IMG/VR virus record: IMGVR_UViG_3300045988_125802
Source: a virus
Direction: 5' to 3' (one strand)
Length of the DNA stretch: 64,000 bases
Shown here: positions 1 through 7,785 of the stretch, piece by piece
How positions within the stretch are numbered: position 1 is the first letter of the stretch
Layout of the letters: every line of letters starts with the position of its first letter
Position numbers and translations under genes: made by a program
Notes under the pieces: model-generated
The model's input: only the letters and a program-made list of their open reading frames with translations
Told to the model about the DNA's origin: nothing
Databases searched by the model: none

Positions 1-40
1 GATTGACAGTCAAGCACATTAACCACTATGCTACACACTC
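1..40 (-). tRNA. tRNA-Asp(GTC), 5-prime part only (the rest lies left of the window)
   Basis: Reverse complement reads GAGTGTG-TA-GCAT-AGTGGTTA-ATGT-G-CTTGA-CTGTCAA-TC. This gives an acceptor strand, a D arm with GG, an anticodon stem and the loop CT-GTC-AA. It is truncated by the window edge. Confidence 0.6.
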
Positions 41-209
41 TAAATTATAAAAACTATTATAAGATTTCCTAAAACCAATCTTCCTTGGATTACATTACAA
101 ATGTAAGTATAATATTTGAATTATGCAATCTTTTCTTCAATTACTTTTCAACTTAAATATCATTCTCTTGTCTTGAAGACATATAAAAGAATTGATTTCT
201 AGGTTTGAT

Positions 210-620
210 CTATATTCTCTTTGGGTTAAGACCTGCTAGCCTGTTAGCCCAAGTCTCAGCATAAAACTTGAAGTAGTTCCATTTAATTCCTACCTTACTA
301 CATAGGTAATATGCTATGTTATGTAGTAATGATGGGATTACTATTACTATCAAATATAGTGGGCCTAATATATCAGATTGTTTACTGTGCCCACATTTAT
401 GTCTCATAGATTCTTCTGATATAGGACCATTGATGAAGATATAATCTCCTAGAGGTATACATGAAGGTAAAATATTACTCAATATAATAATATTGCCATC
501 TACTATACCACATCTATATGCAGTTTGACATAATATACCTTCTATACATAAAGCAAGTATATTCTGTGGTAATTGCCATAACCATTTGATTGAATCCTTG
601 ATATAATCTGTAACTCTCAT
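210..620 (-). CDS. hypothetical protein, hydrophobic C-terminal half (136 aa)
   Basis: ATG-start ORF and the only minus-strand gene at the left end. No motif recognised except an HKCGH stretch. Confidence 0.45.
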   Translation of the reverse strand: MRVTDYIKDSIKWLWQLPQNILALCIEGILCQTAYRCGIVDGNIIILSNILPSCIPLGDYIFINGPISEESMRHKCGHSKQSDILGPLYLIVIVIPSLLHNIAYYLCSKVGIKWNYFKFYAETWANRLAGLNPKRI

Positions 621-1148
621 TTTTATATAAAATATCCCTGGAATTTTCTTTTAGAGAAAAAAAAAAGAAAATTCAAAGACTAATAATCTTCTCATTCAAT
701 TACTAACTTCATTAAGCCCGTTCTTTTAATACCCCTAAAGTGTGATTCCCTGTGCTTTTTCTCAGATAGATGCGCTCACACAACTTAATTTATATAGTAA
801 TCATTTTAGTAGTATCGGGGACAACCTCAAGAACTATGTAAAAGTGTTCTCTACTAACCCGACTTCTGACCCATTACTTTTTTACCTCGTGGGTGATAGG
901 TATATCTATCTATACCTCTACTAGGGCACAAAGATATGTAAAAAATTTGATATATGCAAATATATAAATAAAAAAGAATTATTGAGATAAGAATTTTTTT
1001 TTTGAAATTTTTTTTTCTAATTTTTTTTTCTTGGTATTTACAGAAGTGGTAGATACACCAACCACACCCTCCCCATCACTTAGCCCAAGGGGGTCCTACC
1101 CCCGTAGCTAAAACAATTTCATTATTAACAAATTAACATTTTACCATT

Positions 1149-1409
1149 ATGGAAAAGAATTTAGTATTCAATGACACTCTGACAGTAGAGCAGTTCAAGG
1201 CACAAATGAATGTATCACGCATTGATGTGAAGAAGAATCCCAAGACAGGCAAGCTCTTCTTCACCTATGGTGCAAAGACAGGTGCAGTTGCAGTCAAAGG
1301 CATTCCACAGCATCCAATGCTGAGCAATGTCACTGGCTCTGATGGTTCTAACTTCTGGCTTCTGCATGAGGAAGGTCAGGGAGGTGCACCTGTATTGGCA
1401 AGCTTCTAA
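1149..1409 (+). CDS. hypothetical small protein (86 aa)
   Basis: ATG ORF followed directly by the hairpin terminator at 1416-1445. The antisense ORF 1215-1457 is judged a shadow. Confidence 0.6.
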   Translation: MEKNLVFNDTLTVEQFKAQMNVSRIDVKKNPKTGKLFFTYGAKTGAVAVKGIPQHPMLSNVTGSDGSNFWLLHEEGQGGAPVLASF

Positions 1410-1415
1410 GGGATT

Positions 1416-1445
1416 GCAGGCTTTATGCCTGCTTTCCTTTTTATT
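1416..1445 (+). terminator. rho-independent terminator
   Basis: GCAGGC-TTTAT-GCCTGC hairpin followed by the T-rich TTTCCTTTTTATTT. Confidence 0.55.
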
Positions 1446-1756
1446 TCCTCTAAGCATTAATAGTGTTTAATCCTTTGAACATTAATAGTATTTGTGTGTA
1501 AAAGTTATATGAGTAAGCATTAGTATGCTCTTAGTATAACTCCAAGATATGTTACACATTATATTATATGTAATAGGATTTAACCCTGTTAGTGTATGGA
1601 GTGAGATAAGATGTGCTCTATTTACATCTCTTCCTGACAAGAGGATTAGAGAGGTAAGTAGAGTATTTAGAAGTTCAGTTCATTGAGTAAGTAGGATAGG
1701 ATAATAGAGTGTGGAATACACTTTATATCCTATCTCCTTTGTTTTGTGAGATAGTA

Positions 1757-1771
1757 CTGACATTTTGTCAG
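1757..1771. promoter_or_regulatory. palindromic operator-like site CTGACA-TTT-TGTCAG
   Basis: Perfect 6-3-6 palindrome in a long noncoding region. A second copy lies at 1822-1836 and a related one at 3821-3835. Confidence 0.4.
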
Positions 1772-1821
1772 TCTGTCATTAATCTATAACTTGTTGATTT
1801 ATTGAGAGTTAATAACATAAA

Positions 1822-1836
1822 CTGACAAAATGTCAG
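1822..1836. promoter_or_regulatory. palindromic operator-like site CTGACA-AAA-TGTCAG
   Basis: Perfect 6-3-6 palindrome with the same arms as 1757-1771. Confidence 0.4.
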
Positions 1837-1947
1837 GTGTATGACATTATAACACCCTCCCACAAATACCTCTCATCAAAATCACAGTCAGTAAAACAAT
1901 TATTCAATAATATATGACTGTTTTTACTATTACAGTGATTACGTATA

Positions 1948-1955
1948 TACTTTTG
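1948..1955 (+). promoter_or_regulatory. Bacteroidota-type -7 promoter box (TACTTTTG)
   Basis: Matches TAnnTTTG, 24 nt upstream of the ATG at 1979. No clear -33 TTTG was seen. Confidence 0.35.
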
Positions 1956-1978
1956 TTAAGCCTTATGATGATTAAACT

Positions 1979-2191
1979 ATGGCAAGAAAACATACATATC
2001 ACCGAGAAAACTGTGACTGTTTTGTAAGAGAAGTCATAGTAGATGTCTATGGAAGAACAATAGTTCTGGGTGGACAACATGCCTTTGAATGGTCTATAAC
2101 TATTCACACAAGAGAAAGAATAGTAAAGACTGTTTATCCTAATGGCAGAGAAGCAAGAAAAGAGTTCTACAAATATAAAAGAAAGAAGTGA
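1979..2191 (+). CDS. hypothetical basic small protein (70 aa)
   Basis: ATG ORF and first of a chain of overlapping small ORFs (TGATG overlap with the next one). Confidence 0.5.
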   Translation: MARKHTYHRENCDCFVREVIVDVYGRTIVLGGQHAFEWSITIHTRERIVKTVYPNGREARKEFYKYKRKK

Positions 2192-2283
2192 TGGATTTAT
2201 TCATATACTTATTAGTAGGCTTACCATTAAGCCTACTCTTTCTTTATATCATATTTGATGCAGTAAATGGAGATAACAAATGA
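2191..2283 (+). CDS. putative 30-aa single-pass membrane peptide
   Basis: MDLFIYLLVGLPLSLLFLYIIFDAVNGDNK. The start overlaps the upstream stop (TGATG) and the stop overlaps the next start (ATGA). It is below the ORF-track length cutoff. Confidence 0.35.
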   Translation: MDLFIYLLVGLPLSLLFLYIIFDAVNGDNK

Positions 2284-2537
2284 AATACATTCTATTATTA
2301 CTATCAATTATGGTATGTTCTTGTGGACCACAGGAGCCATTTGAAGAACAGAGAGAAACAACAAAAGTAGATTCAAGTTATTACTTTAGAAATATGGCAG
2401 AATTAGAACTTGAAACACAGCAAGTGGTAGAAGAATCCATTGCTTGTGACTATGGCAAACAGTTTACATGTCCTAACTGTGGTGAGCCTTTTGATGGACA
2501 TGAGTGTGAGAATTGTAAATACACAGAAGAAAGATGA
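2280..2537 (+). CDS. putative lipoprotein with a C-terminal Cys-rich zinc-ribbon-like motif
   Basis: Signal peptide MKYILLLLSIMVCSCG with a lipobox-like Cys. C-terminal CPNCG...CENC. Confidence 0.5.
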   Translation: MKYILLLLSIMVCSCGPQEPFEEQRETTKVDSSYYFRNMAELELETQQVVEESIACDYGKQFTCPNCGEPFDGHECENCKYTEER

Positions 2538-2773
2538 AAAGATTCAAGCTTATACTTAAAGGAGTGTTACTATGGGTAACAGCCTTTGCAGTTATGCTCT
2601 TCATATCAGGAGTAGATAGCATTTATGACAATGGATATTTCATACACTCAATCATTGTGTGTGTAGTATTATGTTATACTTGCTATAAGCTAATATCTGA
2701 AGAGGAATTTGAAATATTGACTCTCTATAAATGGTTTAACAAAATAACAGGAGAAGAATCATGCGAACAATAA
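2534..2773 (+). CDS. small membrane protein (2 predicted TM segments)
   Basis: ATGA overlap with the upstream gene. Two hydrophobic segments. Confidence 0.5.
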   Translation: MKRFKLILKGVLLWVTAFAVMLFISGVDSIYDNGYFIHSIIVCVVLCYTCYKLISEEEFEILTLYKWFNKITGEESCEQ

Positions 2774-3522
2774 TTGTAGTTTTCACAGACAGGAAGGTAT
2801 CTCTCAATGAGGTATCTTCCTACAAGAAGTATAAATTCTTATGCAACTATGATACTATATCTCTCTATGATATGGTAGAAGACCCAAGATATACTGGTAA
2901 GATGATGGTAGTAGGGTTTACTTGTGATACTGATAGAGTTCAACAAGGAATGACACTGAAAGACATCTATATTACCAAGGTAAATGGACAAGTTATCAAT
3001 CAGCCTGCTGGATTGGTTAATGGTAGCTTAGCAGGAAGTGATTTTGACATTGACAAACAAAGAACAAGCAACATGGAAGAGAAAAGAAATATCAAGGTAA
3101 CACTTGAACAGGCAATGGAGTGGTATAATAGTGGTAATAGTACATTGCGTACATTAGCATTGAGTGCATATACTGAGGATGAATTGAAGTTCAATCTCAA
3201 GTACATCAACAGCAAGGTATGCAATACATGCTTTTGTGCCAGTGTTCCTGCTAATGAAGCAGAGAAGTACAATACACTTGCAGACTTGGCAATCATTGCT
3301 AAGTTCTTCAATGGCTCTTGGAAGAAAACCACAAACAATACAGGATATTTCCTTGGCAATTTCAATGCTGAATATGGTCCTGTAGTTGATACTTGTAATG
3401 GTGTTAGTGTATATCAACACAATACTGTACAGTATGCAGGTGTTGTGTATTTCAGGAATCAAGAAGATGCAATCAAAGCAATCAAGATTTTGGGTAAAAG
3501 AGTAAAGAGTCTATTTGATTAA
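2761..3522 (+). CDS. hypothetical protein (253 aa)
   Basis: Long ATG ORF. The antisense ORFs 3000-3365 and 3154-3462 are judged shadows. Confidence 0.6.
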   Translation: MRTIIVVFTDRKVSLNEVSSYKKYKFLCNYDTISLYDMVEDPRYTGKMMVVGFTCDTDRVQQGMTLKDIYITKVNGQVINQPAGLVNGSLAGSDFDIDKQRTSNMEEKRNIKVTLEQAMEWYNSGNSTLRTLALSAYTEDELKFNLKYINSKVCNTCFCASVPANEAEKYNTLADLAIIAKFFNGSWKKTTNNTGYFLGNFNAEYGPVVDTCNGVSVYQHNTVQYAGVVYFRNQEDAIKAIKILGKRVKSLFD

Positions 3523-3688
3523 AGAAAGAATATTTGCACTTAGTAAGATTGTCTATTAACTATAGCTCTGATAGATAGTCTCCTTGTGACGGGTGAAGGG
3601 AAGATAGTTCAATAATCAGGACTATTACCATTAGGGAGGATAGTAGGAAATAACAATGGAGGAATACCTACTATAAGTGCTTATAAAT

Positions 3689-3760
3689 ACTCTCATAGTT
3701 CAGTGGATAGAATAACTCTCTCCTAAAGAGTAGACACAAGTTCGAGTCTTGTTGGGAGTA
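3689..3760 (+). tRNA. tRNA-Arg(CCT)
   Basis: Full cloverleaf read by hand. Acceptor ACTCTCA/TGGGAGT, U8A9, D stem GTTC/GAAT with GG loop, anticodon stem ACTCT/AGAGT, loop CT-CCT-AA, T arm ACAAG-TTCGAGT-CTTGT. Confidence 0.8.
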
Positions 3761-3820
3761 CTGAGGTATTACTCATATAAGGTAATTTGATTGTTTTTAG
3801 GTAAAGGATTTTTAGTTCGG

Positions 3821-3835
3821 GTGACATATTGTCAC
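3821..3835. promoter_or_regulatory. palindromic site GTGACA-TAT-TGTCAC
   Basis: Perfect 6-3-6 palindrome sharing the TGACA-N3-TGTCA core with 1757 and 1822. It lies between the two Arg tRNAs. Confidence 0.35.
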
Positions 3836-3876
3836 TACAGGTCAAAGGTTCGTGAGAATATTTGACCTTTTGTGAT

Positions 3877-3950
3877 GTCTCCATAGCTCAATTGGATAGA
3901 GCAACAGACTTCTAATCTGTAGGTTGTGAGTTCGAGTCTCACTGGAGATA
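3877..3950 (+). tRNA. tRNA-Arg(TCT)
   Basis: Acceptor GTCTCCA/TGGAGAT, D arm GCTC-AATTGGATA-GAGC, anticodon stem ACAGA/TCTGT with loop CT-TCT-AA, T arm GTGAG-TTCGAGT-CTCAC. Confidence 0.85.
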
Positions 3951-4091
3951 CAATGTCTATTTAACCACTATTTCCTGACCATGCTGGGCAAAATGACTGA
4001 AAATGTGGTGCTGGTAGGTAAGCTACTGTTTCTTGTTTTAGCTTGTACTTTGTTCTTAGAAAAGAATCAAAGCAATAGGGAATCACATTGG

Positions 4092-4175
4092 GAATGTATA
4101 GCTTAATGGTAAAGCAGCGTGGTACCACTTCAAAACAATGAGAGCAAGATGTAGGTTCAACTCCTACTACATTCC
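4092..4175 (+). tRNA. tRNA-like gene, 84 nt, anticodon arm unresolved
   Basis: Perfect acceptor GAATGTA/TACATTC, U8A9, D arm GCTT-AATGGTA-AAGC, T arm GTAGG-TTCAACT-CCTAC. The 34 nt between them (4117-4150) do not fold into a canonical anticodon arm. Confidence 0.5.
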
Positions 4176-4540
4176 TATCTTATAATGGGGCATGATTGGT
4201 TTTGATTACTGATTATTTGGTAAGAGAACATGCAAAGACTGATGGAAAGACATCAAACAATTAAATGGCACATCCTATAGAATTGCTGCCTGATTTAGGC
4301 TGAGTAGCACTTACTTGGAAACAGAAAGGTGTATTGCCTTAATAAATGGTTCTCTGTTTTATAGATTAAGGCACTTATGAAACAAAAATAGAGGTTTATA
4401 TATGATAAGATTAATCTACTTTAAAGTCTTATCTGTAACTATGAGTAGGTAGGAAAATTTCCTTATCAAATAGGAATATTATTAAATTGACAGATAACTA
4501 ACTGTATAACAAATAAGTAAGCATGTGAAATTCTTTTATT

Positions 4541-4579
4541 AGAGGTTAGTAAGACAGGGGTTCGAGTCCCCTATGCTCC
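4541..4579 (+). pseudogene. orphan tRNA 3-prime half (T arm plus acceptor 3-prime strand)
   Basis: AGGGG-TTCGAGT-CCCCT followed by ATGCTCC-A. No adjacent 5-prime acceptor strand or D arm was found. Confidence 0.3.
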
Positions 4580-4614
4580 ACAAAACAATCTTAGTATTAA
4601 CAAAAAAAAAAAGT

Positions 4615-5010
4615 ATGTTTTATGTATTAATGTTTGAGTTCATGCTATTGGGAGTAATAGGTGGACTATTAGGTATATTCTATAGGAATTGCCTGAAGGT
4701 TGAGGATATGATATTCTATCCTTTGTATAGTAAAGTGTTTGTACCTATGGTTAAAAGTGGCAATAGGTTCTTACATTTTATAGCATATCCATTGGGATTC
4801 TGCATCTATTGTAGTACCTTTTGGATAACCATGCTCATTCTTATACTCTTCTTGACAAGCTGGGACTCACTTCCTAAGTGGCAGGATATTGTAATAGGAA
4901 TTATAGCAGCAGAAGGTGTAGCTCACCTGATAGTGTGTATAAGTTGCAGATTCTTAATACATAAACATCCTGACTTAGATAAGGATTACTTAAAACATTT
5001 ACATGAATAA
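4615..5010 (+). CDS. integral membrane protein (about 4 TM segments)
   Basis: The ORF track starts at 4573 inside the tRNA-like element. The ATG at 4615 follows an 11-nt A run and begins MFYVLMFEFMLLGVIGG. Confidence 0.55.
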   Translation: MFYVLMFEFMLLGVIGGLLGIFYRNCLKVEDMIFYPLYSKVFVPMVKSGNRFLHFIAYPLGFCIYCSTFWITMLILILFLTSWDSLPKWQDIVIGIIAAEGVAHLIVCISCRFLIHKHPDLDKDYLKHLHE

Positions 5011-5025
5011 CTAAAACAGTAAGAT

Positions 5026-5925
5026 ATGCAAAAGGATTTAGTTTTCTTCAAGAAGGAAGGTGAAGAAGGAGTAGCCTTAACTTCTACAAGTGCTAACCAT
5101 ATTGCTAACTTAGCTAAGGAGTATATTCAAGGTGCGGAGACACAATTGAATAATATAAGCTTCTTTAATGTTGAGGTGGCATTGGTAGGCAGTACTGGAG
5201 GTGCAAGTACCATTCAGACAGGGGAATCATCCGAAGTTTTAGATAGCTTACAATCATTGCTTGAGGGAGTAGCACAGGCTAAATCCCTTATAGCTTGGTT
5301 GAGAGAAGGCATCAAAGCTAAGGAGAATCTGATGAAGGGCTTGCAGACTATCAGCCTTGAGGATTGGTGTAAGGAGAATGGAATGGTTAAGCCTGAAACT
5401 CCTAACTATGGTCATGTATTGACTGAAGTAGAGTATTATGCTTCTCTTCCTATCAAGGAGAGAAACAGATACTATCAGTTAGAGACTGAGGCTGCTGTAT
5501 TAGGTAAGTATATTCATCCTGATGGGCACTTGTCTGATGTAAGAAAGGAGTTAAAGGACAATATTTATCATCCTCATAAAGTGGATGGTAAAGGCAGGGA
5601 TGCCCTTATCTACACCTATACTCCTACTACAAGCATAGCTATAGTAGACAATGTATTCTATGAACTTCAAAAGAAGCACAGAGAAATACAGGCTCAACTG
5701 AATGCTATGAAGTACAGCTGTGAGCAGGCTATCAATGAGTCCACTAATAAGGTGAACACAGAGTTTATGGCTGCTTCACAGAAGTACCAAGCTGAACTCA
5801 AAGATGTATTAGGAGCCTTCAAGACATGGAAGGATGAGAAGTCTCAAGAGTACAGCAAGTTGAAGATTGTAGTACCTAACTCACTGTTAGGTATTTATAA
5901 TACTATCAACTCTTTGGGCAAGTAA
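5026..5925 (+). CDS. hypothetical protein (299 aa), partly coiled-coil
   Basis: Long ATG ORF with no recognised motif. Confidence 0.6.
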   Translation: MQKDLVFFKKEGEEGVALTSTSANHIANLAKEYIQGAETQLNNISFFNVEVALVGSTGGASTIQTGESSEVLDSLQSLLEGVAQAKSLIAWLREGIKAKENLMKGLQTISLEDWCKENGMVKPETPNYGHVLTEVEYYASLPIKERNRYYQLETEAAVLGKYIHPDGHLSDVRKELKDNIYHPHKVDGKGRDALIYTYTPTTSIAIVDNVFYELQKKHREIQAQLNAMKYSCEQAINESTNKVNTEFMAASQKYQAELKDVLGAFKTWKDEKSQEYSKLKIVVPNSLLGIYNTINSLGK

Positions 5926-6178
5926 ATAAGGACTTGGGATATTAATCCCTAACCTTATTGAATACACATAGCAGGTATCTGTTCTTATTCATAGAATTAA
6001 TTGCTAATAAAAAGTGATATATCTAATGCTCAGCCATTAGATAGTCTGTTATTCCAAAATAACCAACCCTATGAAGTCTGACTGATGGAGGGATGTTCTT
6101 GTTCTTGATGGAATGACAGGTTCTTGCTATTGATATTGGCTTTGTGTTGGTAGGTATTTGCTATGTGTAACTTGTCTT

Positions 6179-6264
6179 TGTATCTTGGTGTAATTGGTAG
6201 CACATCAGAGATAGGAGTAATCCCGTATTGCATCTGGAGGTTAGGTTCGAGTCCTAAGATACAC
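6179..6264 (+). tRNA. tRNA-like gene with a 23-nt anticodon loop
   Basis: Acceptor TGTATCT/AGATACA, D arm GTGT-AATTGGTA-GCAC, T arm TAGG-TTCGAGT-CCTA. The stem TCAGA/TCTGG encloses 23 nt (6210-6232) instead of 7. Confidence 0.45.
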
Positions 6265-6293
6265 CACATTTATTGTTTCACTTCTAAAAAAAG

Positions 6294-6659
6294 ATGGAAA
6301 AGAATGAAGAAAAGGTTCTGGAAAGAAATCTGGAACAGGAGCATTTTGAAGATGCTGCAATAGCCATTAAAGGTGGCAAAGAGAATGGTGGTTTAACCAA
6401 TGTTGAACTTGTTGAAAACTTGGTAGAAAGCTACAAAGGTAAGACAGTGCAAGCACCTATTGAGGTGATTATAACAAGTGCAATATTCCTCAATGTGAGA
6501 GAGTTGATGGGTATTATTGAAGCCTTGAAATATACTCTTCACGTTAAAATGACAGAGGAGTTGAGAGAAAAAGCAGATAAGGGAGAAGCTACAGCAAGAG
6601 ATGCAATAGCTGCTCTTATGCTTGCTGTAACTATGAAGAAAGAATCTGAAGAAGATTAA
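6294..6659 (+). CDS. hypothetical acidic protein (121 aa)
   Basis: ATG ORF preceded by an A-rich leader. Confidence 0.55.
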   Translation: MEKNEEKVLERNLEQEHFEDAAIAIKGGKENGGLTNVELVENLVESYKGKTVQAPIEVIITSAIFLNVRELMGIIEALKYTLHVKMTEELREKADKGEATARDAIAALMLAVTMKKESEED

Positions 6660-6664
6660 TAAAC

Positions 6665-7099
6665 ATGAGTGAAATCAAGTTAAGTCTGAGTATTGAGCTT
6701 CGAGGAAGCACAATGTTCAGCAAGGAGGAGTGCCTTAAAACAACTCACAAAGTGATTGAGAAGAAGACCAAAGCTGGTAAAATCTACAAGAAAACCATTG
6801 AGGTAAAAGTAGAGGATTGGGACAAGATGGAGAAGCACACTATGAGAGTGACTGACACAGATGGCACCAATCCAGAGATTATCACTTTCCATACAAGGAA
6901 GTGTAAGCCAGCTACACAGTCCCTGAACATGAGCAAAGAGGCTTATGAATATATGATTGATAAGGATTCTTGTCCTTCATGGTCTAAGCCTGGCAGGTGG
7001 GCTGCAATGAGTGAAAAGGAAAGACTTGAAGCTCATTTGCAGAGAACCTGTGAGCATGTAGGAGGTAAATCTTTCACTTATGAAGTGTTAGGAGATTAA
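6665..7099 (+). CDS. hypothetical protein (144 aa)
   Basis: ATG ORF followed by the terminator at 7115-7158. Confidence 0.6.
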   Translation: MSEIKLSLSIELRGSTMFSKEECLKTTHKVIEKKTKAGKIYKKTIEVKVEDWDKMEKHTMRVTDTDGTNPEIITFHTRKCKPATQSLNMSKEAYEYMIDKDSCPSWSKPGRWAAMSEKERLEAHLQRTCEHVGGKSFTYEVLGD

Positions 7100-7114
7100 T
7101 TATCTCAGTGTAAG

Positions 7115-7158
7115 AAGAAAGGAGTATGCTGAATAAGCTGCTCCTTTCTTTTTTTTTT
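7115..7158 (+). terminator. rho-independent terminator
   Basis: AAGAAAGGAG ... CTCCTTTCTT 10-bp stem followed by a T run to 7158. Confidence 0.6.
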
Positions 7159-7242
7159 AGTGTAAACTGATTAAATAATAAGGTTATTATGACTAAAAAA
7201 AAAGTATAACATAGTCTTAATGCCAAGGTAAATGATGGAGAT

Positions 7243-7785
7243 ATGGCAGAATTTGTATATTTCAAGAATGCTTGTAGGATGTGGTATCCTGTAGGACAGT
7301 ATTTCTCTTCAGATAACTTTGATTATATAAGAGAAGCTGCATCTTCCATTAATAAAGTGTTCCCAACAGGTAAACTTATCTTGGTGGTAAGAGGTCATTC
7401 AGGCTCCATACTTGCAGGTAGTATAGCATATATACTGAAAAGGAAAGGTAGAAAAGTGTTAATATCTGTATCAAGGAAAGCAGAATCTACTCATGGTGAC
7501 AATCTTGAAGGTGTATATCCTTCATGTATTTCAGATGATACACACATAATAGTTATTGATGATTTTGTCCAATCAGGTGAAACTATTGAGGCTATACTCA
7601 AAGATTTGACTGAAAGAATAGAGGGTGTGGAAGTATTTGACATGTTATGTGTTGCTAATCACTGGGATGAGGATGATTTGACTGAGGAAGGAGGAAAGAG
7701 AGGAACTAACAGATATTGGGAGGCAAACAAAAGGATTGCTTCTCATTTTGAGTATATATTGTGCAACAGACCAGATGAGAAATGA
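7243..7785 (+). CDS. phosphoribosyltransferase-like protein (type I PRTase fold)
   Basis: PRPP-binding signature HIIVIDDFVQSGETIEAI (four hydrophobic residues, DD, xx, SGxT). Confidence 0.6.
   Translation: MAEFVYFKNACRMWYPVGQYFSSDNFDYIREAASSINKVFPTGKLILVVRGHSGSILAGSIAYILKRKGRKVLISVSRKAESTHGDNLEGVYPSCISDDTHIIVIDDFVQSGETIEAILKDLTERIEGVEVFDMLCVANHWDEDDLTEEGGKRGTNRYWEANKRIASHFEYILCNRPDEK

Noticed and set aside
742-924. GTG-start 60-aa ORF in the divergent intergenic region
   Set aside because: It has a non-ATG start, no leader features, ends in YLYLY, and sits in a region rich in homopolymers. It was treated as noncoding.
1149-1409. The 86-aa protein as a ubiquitin-like substrate (C-terminal GQGG followed by a 7-aa tail)
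   Set aside because: The only evidence is a GG dipeptide. The gene is 18 kb from the JAB/E1 cassette and a beta-grasp fold cannot be judged by eye. It would be worth including in a structure-prediction screen, but it is not claimed.
4194-4540. Group I intron inside a split tRNA
   Set aside because: There is only a P-like AATTGCTGCC string. No R (GTTCA.CGACTA-type) or S (AGATATAGTC) elements are present, and the putative 5-prime exon lacks a D arm. It is kept only as a low-confidence note in a finding.
5926-6178. Possible fourth group I intron (AATTGCTAA and TAGATAGTCT strings)
   Set aside because: The elements are in the wrong order and are partial, there is no R element, and there are no flanking split ORFs.
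6069-6363. ORFs 6069-6269 (-) and 6163-6363 (+)
   Set aside because: Both run through the tRNA-like gene at 6179-6264. The plus ORF is out of frame with the better ORF starting at 6294.
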